Shown here piece by piece: positions 28,724 to 36,798 of a stretch of DNA of 38,535 bases. The notes under the pieces were generated by a model. It was not told the DNA's origin and did not search any database. It saw nothing but the letters and a program-made list of their open reading frames with translations. The translations under genes and the position numbers were made by a program. The stretch's first letter is position 1. Every line of letters starts with the position of its first letter. The stretch is from NCBI GenBank assembly GCA_902793315.1, contig CADBCT010000006.1, positions 1 through 38,535 on the forward strand, read 5' to 3'. The stretch is from an uncultured Erysipelotrichaceae bacterium (GTDB lineage: Bacteria; Bacillota_I; Bacilli_A; RF39; UBA660).

Positions 28724-29631
28724 TCATACTAATTCATATTCTCTGGCAATTATCCTATCATCTGAACAATATTTAATTACATATTCATTATCCTGTTTAC
28801 AAATGATAATTCCTACTGTGTCATTTTCTTCAATAGTTTTAATATTTTTATTAATATAATTCATATATGTCATAATTTGACCTGTATGTTCTTTCTTTAG
28901 TTCAGTTACTTTTAATTCGACAACTACATAACATTTATATTTAATGTTATACAAAAGTAAATCTATATAATTATACTTACTACCTATTTTTATTTTATAT
29001 TCATTACCAACATAAGTAAAACCAATACCTAACTGTCTTAAAAATTCATCAATATTATTTAATAAAGCTTGCTTTAATGCATATTCTGATAAATTTTCTT
29101 TTGACATATTTGATCTTATGACAATTGGATTTGGAATTAAATCATCAACTTTCAATTCTTTTGATTCAATAAGTTTAGTTTTTGTTTCATTACTTAATCT
29201 ATCATATTCCTTGCTTTTTATTCGTTCTTGTAATTGTCTTCTTGTCAAATTATTTCTTTCACATATATCAATATAATACATGATTGCATCAATATTTTTG
29301 ACTATTAACAATTCTCTAAAATGACTCCAACTTAATTTGGAACCCATTGGGTTCCATTTTATACTTGAGAAAACTTCATAAAATTGCCTCATACATAAAA
29401 TTGCCTCATATATCTAAGATTTCTTTCATTATATTTTTTACCAACTTCAATTATTAAGCTTTCAGAGTATTATTTAATTATATTTTTACCATATTCTTTT
29501 CCTGCTTCACTTAATAGTTTTCCAGTTTCAAAATATACACTAACTTTATGTCTATCTTTTGAATAATCTTTTGCTCTGTCGTATATTTCACTTTTTATTA
29601 ATCTCTCTTTTATCTCATTATAATAATTCAT
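28724..29631 (-). pseudogene. YhcG/DUF1016-type PD-(D/E)xK nuclease gene, disrupted
   Basis: The N-terminal piece (29473..29631, MNYYNEIKERL...GKEYGKNIIK) ends at an in-frame TAA (29470-29472). The frame continues as YSESLIIEVGKKYNERNLRYMRQFYV and is then shifted by a perfect 17-nt tandem duplication. The remaining ORF 28724..29392 (MRQFYEVF...KLSWSHFRELL...VVELK) is the nuclease body. Confidence 0.8.
29377..29410. repeat. perfect 17-bp tandem duplication (cataaaattgcctcata x2) causing the frameshift in the YhcG-like gene
   Basis: 29377-29393 equals 29394-29410 exactly. Both units encode MRQFY. Removing one unit fuses the two reading frames. Confidence 0.95.
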
Positions 29632-29643
29632 GCCTACTCCTTT

Positions 29644-30234
29644 CTATGGACTACAAGTCTCAATCATTAATTTACTATTTTTAATCTTAAACACAATACT
29701 TCCATCTTGATCTGTTCTATATATTTTAGAATTTTTCAAGTTATCTAACACTTCTTTATTAGGATGACTAAATTTATTATCTTTACCTACACTAATAATA
29801 GAATACTTAGGATTAATAGTATTGATAAACTCTTCACTACTACTTGTCTTAGAACCATGATGTCCTACTTTTAAAACATCTATTTGAGGTAAATCATATT
29901 CTTTTAATATTTCTTTTTCAGTATCAATTGATGCATCCCCCATAAAGAGAAATTTATAATTATTTAACTCCATATAAATAACATTACTATTATCATTCTC
30001 ATCATTAAAATCTTTTGTTTGTAAAAAATAGAATTTATTATTATCTAAGTTTAATTCATTAATACAAGTATAGTATTTAATCCTTTTTTTCTTTAGTACT
30101 TTAATTAATTCTTTTTCTAAATAATTGTATTCTCCACAATTAAATATAACTTTATCTACTTTAAAGTTTTCTACTATATTAATAGCTTCTCCCATATGAT
30201 CATAATCTCCATGTGGTGACATACGTTTATGCAT
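29644..30234 (-). pseudogene. displaced comEC 3'-end copy (copy 2): intact 196-codon ORF covering only the distal part of the metallo-beta-lactamase domain
   Basis: After the foreign leader MHKRMSPH it aligns without gaps to the last 188 aa of resident ComEC (141/188 identical by hand count), ending in the same IETCSP*. No SD precedes its ATG, and the N-terminal strands of the MBL fold are missing. Confidence 0.8.
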
Positions 30235-30235
30235 A

Positions 30236-30260
30236 CGAAAAAATGCCTTAATTAGGCATT
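30236..30260 (-). terminator. rho-independent terminator after the 102-aa gene
   Basis: The minus strand reads AATGCCT-AATTA-AGGCATT followed by TTTTT. Confidence 0.6.
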
Positions 30261-30560
30261 GTCTTCTTTATATGAATATGATTTAACACGTTTTAAAATT
30301 TTTAAATCTTCACTTAACAATCTATCAGTTGGGGGATATTTAGTATTAATTTGATTAAAGTACTCAGCAATAGATAATCCTGTTTCTCTATCTACAAAGT
30401 AACCATTTTCAGTAGCAAAACCTTGTGTGGCCTTTCTTAATACTCCAATTGGCTCCATTGGAAAGATAGCATAGTGCCCTTTTTTTGACATATAAATGCA
30501 ATTATCATGTAATAATGCAGCACAAACAATTCTTCCATACTTCTCATAATCAATACTCAT
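30252..30560 (-). CDS. hypothetical protein (102 aa)
   Basis: AGAGGTGAGATA SD followed by ATG. I recognise no motif with confidence. Confidence 0.55.
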   Translation of the reverse strand: MSIDYEKYGRIVCAALLHDNCIYMSKKGHYAIFPMEPIGVLRKATQGFATENGYFVDRETGLSIAEYFNQINTKYPPTDRLLSEDLKILKRVKSYSYKEDNA

Positions 30561-30600
30561 TATCTCACCTCTTTAGTTGATTATTATATCACATTTTTAT

Positions 30601-31422
30601 CTATTCTTTTAGTTTCATTACTTCTTTTTCTAATTCTTTTAAACTTCTTTTGGGTGTTGGTAAATTTTCTGGCATTGTTCCGTCTAGTCTTTCAATACTA
30701 TTTCTTACTTCTTTGCCTACTTCATAATGAACAGAATTTGCAGTATATTCATTATCTACATTATCTCTTTTTAATTTAGCATCTGTTTGAGCAATCCTAA
30801 ATATATTATCTGCAAGTTCTTCACTACCCATATTATCTAATATATCTTCTCTATATCTTAATTTCTTTCTTTTAAATATATCATCAGCGGTTTCACCATT
30901 ATAAAGTCCTTTATATCCAGCATTATGAAATCTAGCTAAGTCTTTTACTCCACTTTTAACTGCTGTTTTATTTAAATTATAATTACCTTTTCTTGCTTGA
31001 TTTCTTCTATATAGACGTTTCTCATCTTCAGTTAGTTCATTATACTCTTTTTCACTTAATTCTTGTTTTCTTGTTTGGATTGCAAAATATGTTTGTCCAA
31101 GAGCCACTACTGGTTTTGAAGAATCAGAGTTTTGAACTATTAAATAACATGCATATCTAGTTAATCCATAATCTTTTAGCTTTCTTTTTGCATTTGAACC
31201 TATATTCACCATTACGTCCATTTGGGCGAAATGGTTATCAACATTTTGACCACTCTTTTCACAGGAAATCATTGCTTTTTTTATTGAAGGTAAAAACTTT
31301 CTATATTCACCATATTCTAAAATTTTTCCTAATTCTCTTGCTAGCCAGTACTCATTATTTTCTTCATCTATATGTTTAATATCTTCAAATACTTTTTCAG
31401 TATATTCTTTTATTTCATTCAT
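30601..31422 (-). CDS. dinD: DNA damage-inducible protein D homolog
   Basis: It appears collinear over its full length with E. coli DinD as I recall it, e.g. ARELGKILEY.EYRKF.P, GSNAKR.LKD..L.RYACYLIVQN.D..KPV.A.GQTYFAIQTR.QE and LPTP..S.K.LE. Confidence 0.85.
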   Translation of the reverse strand: MNEIKEYTEKVFEDIKHIDEENNEYWLARELGKILEYGEYRKFLPSIKKAMISCEKSGQNVDNHFAQMDVMVNIGSNAKRKLKDYGLTRYACYLIVQNSDSSKPVVALGQTYFAIQTRKQELSEKEYNELTEDEKRLYRRNQARKGNYNLNKTAVKSGVKDLARFHNAGYKGLYNGETADDIFKRKKLRYREDILDNMGSEELADNIFRIAQTDAKLKRDNVDNEYTANSVHYEVGKEVRNSIERLDGTMPENLPTPKRSLKELEKEVMKLKE

Positions 31423-31426
31423 TTTA

Positions 31427-32006
31427 ATTCTCCTTTCTATGGACTACATGTCTCTATTTTTAATTTGTTATTTTTGATCTTAAACATAATACTACCATTC
31501 TGATCTGTCCTATATATTTTTGAATCTTCTAGATTATCTAATACTTCTTTATTTGGATGACCATACCTATTATTCTTGCCAACACTAATAATGGAATATT
31601 TAGGATTGATTTCATTTATAAATTCAATACCACTACTTGTTTTACTTCCATGATGTCCAACTTTTAATACATCTATATCTGGTAAGTTATATTTATTCAT
31701 TATTTCTTTTTCAGTGGTAATAGATGCATCTCCCATAAGCATAAATTTATAACCATTTAAATCTGTATAAATAACATTACTATTATCATTTTCATTATCA
31801 TAAAGTTTTGTTTGTAAAAAATATAACTTGTTATTATCTATTTTTATTTTTTCTATACACGAATAATACTTTATTTTCTTTTTATCTAAATCTTCAATTA
31901 ATTCTTTTTCTAAATAATTACATGATCCACAATTAAAGATAACTTTATCTACTTTAAAATTATTGACTAAAGTAAGGGATTCTCCCATATGATCACTATC
32001 ACCATG
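31427..32006 (-). repeat. resident copy (copy 1) of the ~580-nt comEC 3' block (includes the stop codon and following SD)
   Basis: It is homologous to 29634..30213 and, in part, to 27987..28090. Homology ends at the codons for the H-G-D-x-D-H motif on one side and just after TAGAAAGGAG on the other. Confidence 0.85.
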
Positions 32007-33473
32007 ACTTAGAATTAAATAATTAATTTTTTGAACACCTAAACTTTTAAGAGCTGGATTAATAGTATTAAAAAATATTACTCCATTTGAATTATCTTTA
32101 CCACCAGTGTCAATCAATATAGCTTTGTTCCTATAATGAATTAAAATTGAATCTCCTTGTCCTACATCAATTATTTCCATATAAGTTGAGTAGTCACAAT
32201 ACGGAATCAAATAATGAATTAGTAATAAAGAAAAGAACATATATATAAATATTTTCTTAGGTTTATAAAGATAAATAAATACTAATAAAAAATAAATTAT
32301 ATAAATATAGATAGGTAATCTTTTAAAAATTAATTTACCAAAATTAATATTACTAAAGAACAAAGATAATCTTTCTACTCCAATAATTAAATAATTATAT
32401 ATTGGTAATAATGGTTTTATAATTAATACTAATAAACTCATTGGAAAGATTATTATACTAATTATAGGAATAAAGATTAAATTATAAAAAATACTTAAGA
32501 TATTTATTTCATAAAAGTTATATAAAGTAATTGGTAGACTTACTAATAATGAAATAATAGATGTTTTAAAAATAGTTTTAAAATAATTTCCTTTAAGATA
32601 ATCAGACATTTTAATTAAACTAAAACTAATTGAATAAGAATATAAATAACCAATATCATAGACATAATTAGGATTAATAATTAATGAAATAGAAAATACT
32701 ATTAAAAATAAATTAGTTGGTTTAATATAAAAATATTTAATTTGATTAATAGAAAAAATAATATAAAAAAGAACAGCTCTTACTATAGATGGAGATAACC
32801 CCACTAACAATAAATAGATTATTAAAATACTACTAGTTATTATAAATAGATTCATTTCATTCAATTTAAATCTTTTTAATAACCTATTAATAATCATAAT
32901 TAATAAAGCTGTATGCATACCACTGATACAAAACAAATGACTAATACCATTACTTTGATATGATCTTTTAACACTACTATCCAAATAACTTTTATCCCCT
33001 AAAACAAATGTATAGAGATATGGATTATCACTTAAATTATTAATTAGTTTTTGTTTTAAAAAATAATAAATATTTCTATTATTTCTTATTTTTTCTATAG
33101 AAGATACTTCTACCAAATAAAAGATATTTCTTCTTTTTAAATACTTTTGATAATTAAATAAATATTCAGTTGTATTACTACTAGGTAATTTGAAGATACC
33201 CATTATTTTTACTTTATCACCTAATTTTAAATTAGAATAATCTAATTGATTTAAATAATAAGAAGCAATTATTATTTCTTTATTTTTAACATATATTGTT
33301 ACTTTATCATTCTTAACAATAATTTTATTAATAGTACCAATAAAAGTAGTAGATGATTCATTATAATTCGATATTACAGGAATAGATAATCTATAAATAG
33401 TTATTAATATGACTAAGATAGTTACTATAAAATAAACATAATCACACAGTAATATTTTCCTTAATCTGAGCAA
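31437..33473 (-). CDS. comEC: DNA internalization competence protein ComEC/Rec2 (N-terminal OB region, polytopic channel domain, C-terminal metallo-beta-lactamase domain)
   Basis: 678 aa with many TM helices and GISHLFCISGMHTALL. The MBL motifs are IDVGQGDS, SHGDSDH and VGHHGS. A TTG start at 33473 lies 8 nt after AGGGGA, and the gene overlaps the end of comEA. Confidence 0.92.
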   Translation of the reverse strand: MLRLRKILLCDYVYFIVTILVILITIYRLSIPVISNYNESSTTFIGTINKIIVKNDKVTIYVKNKEIIIASYYLNQLDYSNLKLGDKVKIMGIFKLPSSNTTEYLFNYQKYLKRRNIFYLVEVSSIEKIRNNRNIYYFLKQKLINNLSDNPYLYTFVLGDKSYLDSSVKRSYQSNGISHLFCISGMHTALLIMIINRLLKRFKLNEMNLFIITSSILIIYLLLVGLSPSIVRAVLFYIIFSINQIKYFYIKPTNLFLIVFSISLIINPNYVYDIGYLYSYSISFSLIKMSDYLKGNYFKTIFKTSIISLLVSLPITLYNFYEINILSIFYNLIFIPIISIIIFPMSLLVLIIKPLLPIYNYLIIGVERLSLFFSNINFGKLIFKRLPIYIYIIYFLLVFIYLYKPKKIFIYMFFSLLLIHYLIPYCDYSTYMEIIDVGQGDSILIHYRNKAILIDTGGKDNSNGVIFFNTINPALKSLGVQKINYLILSHGDSDHMGESLTLVNNFKVDKVIFNCGSCNYLEKELIEDLDKKKIKYYSCIEKIKIDNNKLYFLQTKLYDNENDNSNVIYTDLNGYKFMLMGDASITTEKEIMNKYNLPDIDVLKVGHHGSKTSSGIEFINEINPKYSIISVGKNNRYGHPNKEVLDNLEDSKIYRTDQNGSIMFKIKNNKLKIETCSP

Positions 33474-34113
33474 AAATACTATCCCCTACACCAGTAACTT
33501 TCTTTATATCTTCAACAGATTTAAAAGGACCATTCTTTTCACGATAGCTAATAATATCTTTAGCTTTAGATTCACCAATACCTGGTAAAATCATAAGTTC
33601 TTCTTTGCTAGCAGTATTAATTGATATCTTACCAGTTTTTTTTACTTCTACTTCTGAACTTATACAAGCATTATTTACTAAAGCTTCTTCATCCTGTTGA
33701 ATACACTTTTCTTGAACTTGTTCTTCGATTTGTTTAGTTTTATGAAAATCAGCAACCTCAGTTTTACTATAAACAATAATCACCATTTCATCTGTAATTT
33801 TCTTACTTAAATTAATAACTGATGTATCTGCTTCTCCAGTTAATCCTCCAGCAGCTGCAATTACATCAATTACTCTTGAATCAGCATTTAAAGAATAAAT
33901 ACCAGGATTAATTACTTGACCTTTAATATCAACTTTTAGTTTATCTGGTATTTCAACTTTTTCTTTATGTTCATCTTTTTTCTGCAAAATTATCTCTTCT
34001 TTTGGTTCTTCTTTATCTATATTAATTATAGAAATTACTATTAAACTAGCAATTACAATTACTGAAATAATTCCTATAATAATTTGTTTACGATACCGAT
34101 ATTTGAATGTAAT
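33442..34113 (-). CDS. comEA: competence protein ComEA (TM anchor, SLBB-like domain, helix-hairpin-helix DNA-binding domain)
   Basis: VDIKGQVINPGIY...RVIDVIAAAGG and INTASKEELMILPGIGESKAKDIISYREKNGPFKSVEDIKKVTGVG are seen. The GTG in the track (34122) overlaps the SD GGAGG. No ATG, GTG or TTG follows, and an ATT at 34113 lies 8 nt after the SD. Confidence 0.88.
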   Translation of the reverse strand: MTFKYRYRKQIIIGIISVIVIASLIVISIINIDKEEPKEEIILQKKDEHKEKVEIPDKLKVDIKGQVINPGIYSLNADSRVIDVIAAAGGLTGEADTSVINLSKKITDEMVIIVYSKTEVADFHKTKQIEEQVQEKCIQQDEEALVNNACISSEVEVKKTGKISINTASKEELMILPGIGESKAKDIISYREKNGPFKSVEDIKKVTGVGDSIFAQIKENITV

Positions 34114-34138
34114 AGAAAACACCTCCTATAGTATTATT

Positions 34139-34169
34139 CAAAAAAAAAGAAAAGTTCTACAACTTTTCT
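34139..34169 (-). terminator. rho-independent terminator after the DHH gene
   Basis: The minus strand reads AGAAAAGTT-GTAG-AACTTTTCT followed by TTTTTTTT. Confidence 0.65.
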
Positions 34170-35268
34170 ATTTATTATTAAATCTTTTAATTTGTTTTTT
34201 CTTAATAACAGGAGGCTCTTCAATAATAGGTTCCTCTGAAGAAATACCTAACCTTACTTTTTCTATCAATTCTTCTTCAACTTTAAAGATATCATTTGTG
34301 TAGACTGTACCACCAGCCATTTGAGTTGTTCCTCCACATTTGCCACTCATAGCTTCCATAATTTTTAAAGAATTTACTTTTTTACCACTTCTAACCGATA
34401 TTTGAACGCAACCCTCGTCTACCAATCCTAAAACTATGGAAGCATCAATTCCTTTGAATGTCAGCATTTTATCAGCTGCTTTAGCATAATCTTCTTTAGC
34501 CATAATTACATCAGGTTGATTTCTATTCAAAGTAAATGATACTTGAATTGGTGATAATAAATCATCACTATATTTTCTAATAATAGTACCATTGATTATT
34601 AAGTTACTAATACGACAGAAACTTTCAAAATCTTCAAAGAACAATCTATTTACATAATCAATATCTGCACCTTTATCAATTAAGTGCTCTGCGATATCAT
34701 GAGTTTTAGAAGTAGTATTCTGTTTAAATCTCTTGGTATCCAAACAAATACCAGCAAGTAAATAATTGGCTACATCTTCAGAATACTTTACTCTGAAAGA
34801 ATTTAATAACCAGCTAACTATTTCTGATGCACTAGATGCTTCATTTGTAATATATTTTTTATTTGTTTTAATAGTATGTTCATCTTCAGCATGATGATCA
34901 ATAATAACTATACTATTCATTTCATCTAAATAATCAGTTACAGAAACCAAATAATCTTTATTAACATCTGTTGTTATAAGTAAAGATTTAGAATCTTTTA
35001 ATCTTAAGAATTCTTCATTAGTAATAAAAGAAAATTGATCTCTATTATCATCTATTATTTTTTTAACACCGGGTTCCATTCTTATTATCTTATCATTAAC
35101 AATAATATAGGCATCTTTATGGAAATGTTCAGCTAAAACAGCTAATCCAATACAAGCTCCTATAGAATCAAAGTCAGGTCCATTATGGCCGATAATAAAA
35201 ACATTAGAACTTTTTTTGATTTCTGATTCTAACAAGTTTTTAAAATTCTTAAACTCTAGTATACTCAT
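34168..35268 (-). CDS. stand-alone DHH/DHHA1 family phosphoesterase (GdpP/NrnA-like)
   Basis: IIGHNGPDFDSIGACIG (DxD), IIDHHAED (DHH) and the DHHA1-like CGGTTQMAGG are seen. There are no TM, PAS or GGDEF parts. Confidence 0.75.
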   Translation of the reverse strand: MSILEFKNFKNLLESEIKKSSNVFIIGHNGPDFDSIGACIGLAVLAEHFHKDAYIIVNDKIIRMEPGVKKIIDDNRDQFSFITNEEFLRLKDSKSLLITTDVNKDYLVSVTDYLDEMNSIVIIDHHAEDEHTIKTNKKYITNEASSASEIVSWLLNSFRVKYSEDVANYLLAGICLDTKRFKQNTTSKTHDIAEHLIDKGADIDYVNRLFFEDFESFCRISNLIINGTIIRKYSDDLLSPIQVSFTLNRNQPDVIMAKEDYAKAADKMLTFKGIDASIVLGLVDEGCVQISVRSGKKVNSLKIMEAMSGKCGGTTQMAGGTVYTNDIFKVEEELIEKVRLGISSEEPIIEEPPVIKKKQIKRFNNK

Positions 35269-35321
35269 ACCCTCACCTACGAAATTAGCAATATACTACC
35301 ACAAAATCAAAAAAAAAGCAA

Positions 35322-36467
35322 TTACTTGCCTTTTAATTCTCTTTCTCTAGTTCTACCATTTTCAACACTTACTCTTTGAACTATTGTCAAAGCTGCGATT
35401 AAACAAATAGTAAAACTACCACCATAACTCATAAATGGAAGTGGTACTCCAGTCATTGGCATCATACCCATAATTCCTAATAAGTTAATTGCAATATGTA
35501 AGAAAATATAGATAGCAACTCCATAACATAAAATAGTTCCCATATTATTTGAAGATCTTCTACCAATCAGTAATATTCTATAAAGTACAAACATATACAT
35601 TAAAACTATTAATACTCCAGTAATTACTCCTAATTCTTCAACTATAATAGCAAAAATGAAATCAGTATATGGTTCAGGTAAATACAAATACTTTTGTGTA
35701 GAATTACCCAATCCTACTCCTGTAAGTCCTCCATTATTCATAGCAATATAACAATTACATACTTGATTACCATCTTTTAAAATTCGATCACAAGGTCTTT
35801 TAAAATTAAATCTTTCCATTTGCCTTTCTAATAATATCCCTTTTCCAGTACCAAAAATACTAAGCAAAGCAAAACATACTATTCCTAAAGCAGCAAAAAC
35901 AGTTTTATATTTAATTTCTGGGATAATTGGAACTGCTAAAAAAATAATTCCTACCATAACTGTATATATTATAGTTGTTCCTAAATCTGGCTGAATAAAA
36001 ATTAAACCTGCTACTATAGCACAAACACCGATAGGAAATAAACTTCTACCCCAACTAGTTAGTTTGTTTTTATTTCGATCATAATAATAAGCTAAAAATA
36101 TTATTGTAATTACTTTAACAAATTCACTTGGCTGAATACTAATAAATCCTAAGTCAAACCAGCTGACGGCTTTATTCTTCGCAGTTCCTATTATTAAGAG
36201 AACAGCTAAACCAGCAATCGATATTAATAATAATCCCCAAGAAAATACTCCATAAGTTTTAGTATTCATATTAATCATAAATAAAAAGACAAATAAACCT
36301 GCAAGTAAGAATAAACCTTGCTTAATAAAATAATTATAAGGACTAACTGCATAAGACATATAAGCAGTAACATTAGACGCTGAAAAAACCATAACTAATC
36401 CAATTAAGAAAAGAATTACGGTTGTAACAAGTAATGGCTTATCTAAGTACTTAAATATCTTTTTCAT
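35322..36467 (-). CDS. SEDS family peptidoglycan polymerase (FtsW/RodA/SpoVE)
   Basis: 381 aa with about 10 TM helices. QPSEF.K, PDLGT and GVPLPFMSYGGS are seen. Confidence 0.9.
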   Translation of the reverse strand: MKKIFKYLDKPLLVTTVILFLIGLVMVFSASNVTAYMSYAVSPYNYFIKQGLFLLAGLFVFLFMINMNTKTYGVFSWGLLLISIAGLAVLLIIGTAKNKAVSWFDLGFISIQPSEFVKVITIIFLAYYYDRNKNKLTSWGRSLFPIGVCAIVAGLIFIQPDLGTTIIYTVMVGIIFLAVPIIPEIKYKTVFAALGIVCFALLSIFGTGKGILLERQMERFNFKRPCDRILKDGNQVCNCYIAMNNGGLTGVGLGNSTQKYLYLPEPYTDFIFAIIVEELGVITGVLIVLMYMFVLYRILLIGRRSSNNMGTILCYGVAIYIFLHIAINLLGIMGMMPMTGVPLPFMSYGGSFTICLIAALTIVQRVSVENGRTRERELKGK

Positions 36468-36589
36468 ACAATTCCTCCTCTACTATAAATATAACATATT
36501 ATTCAATAAATAATCATTTATAGGACAATAAAATTCACAAAAACTGTAAACTTACATACTTTATATTAGAATAGTAAAGGAGGAATTAT

Positions 36590-36736
36590 ATGTACTATTA
36601 TGGCGGAGGAACATCTTGTCCTAATCAAACATCTTATTATTATCCTATGTATACTAATAATAATTCTAATTATGCTATTGTCTTAGTTTTATTCATTCTT
36701 TTAGTAATTATTATTGGTACTAGATGGGCTAATTAA
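36590..36736 (+). CDS. tiny Tyr/Gly/Asn-rich single-TM protein (YjcZ-like family guess)
   Basis: Not in the ORF track (48 aa): MYYYGGGTSCPNQTSYYYPMYTNNNSNYAIVLVLFILLVIIIGTRWAN. An AAGGAGGAA SD lies 6 nt upstream and a terminator follows immediately. Confidence 0.6.
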   Translation: MYYYGGGTSCPNQTSYYYPMYTNNNSNYAIVLVLFILLVIIIGTRWAN

Positions 36737-36760
36737 GAACTTCGGTTCTTTTTTTCTTTT
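36735..36760 (+). terminator. rho-independent terminator
   Basis: AAGAAC-TTCG-GTTCTT followed by TTTTTTC. Confidence 0.65.
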
Positions 36761-36798
36761 CAAACTAAATAATTTTTGATAAAATATAAGAGGTCGAG

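Noticed and set aside
29644-30234. The 196-aa ORF as a functional stand-alone metallo-beta-lactamase hydrolase
   Set aside because: It lacks the N-terminal strands of the MBL fold that resident ComEC has (IDVGQGDS...). No SD precedes its ATG. It begins right after a terminator and is collinear to the end with the comEC 3' end. A displaced gene fragment is the simpler reading. Its intact frame is still noted in the findings.
31188-31379. 63-aa plus-strand ORF
   Set aside because: It lies antisense within dinD, which aligns over its full length to E. coli DinD.
34103-34303. 66-aa plus-strand ORF
   Set aside because: It lies antisense across the comEA start, the terminator and the DHH gene end.
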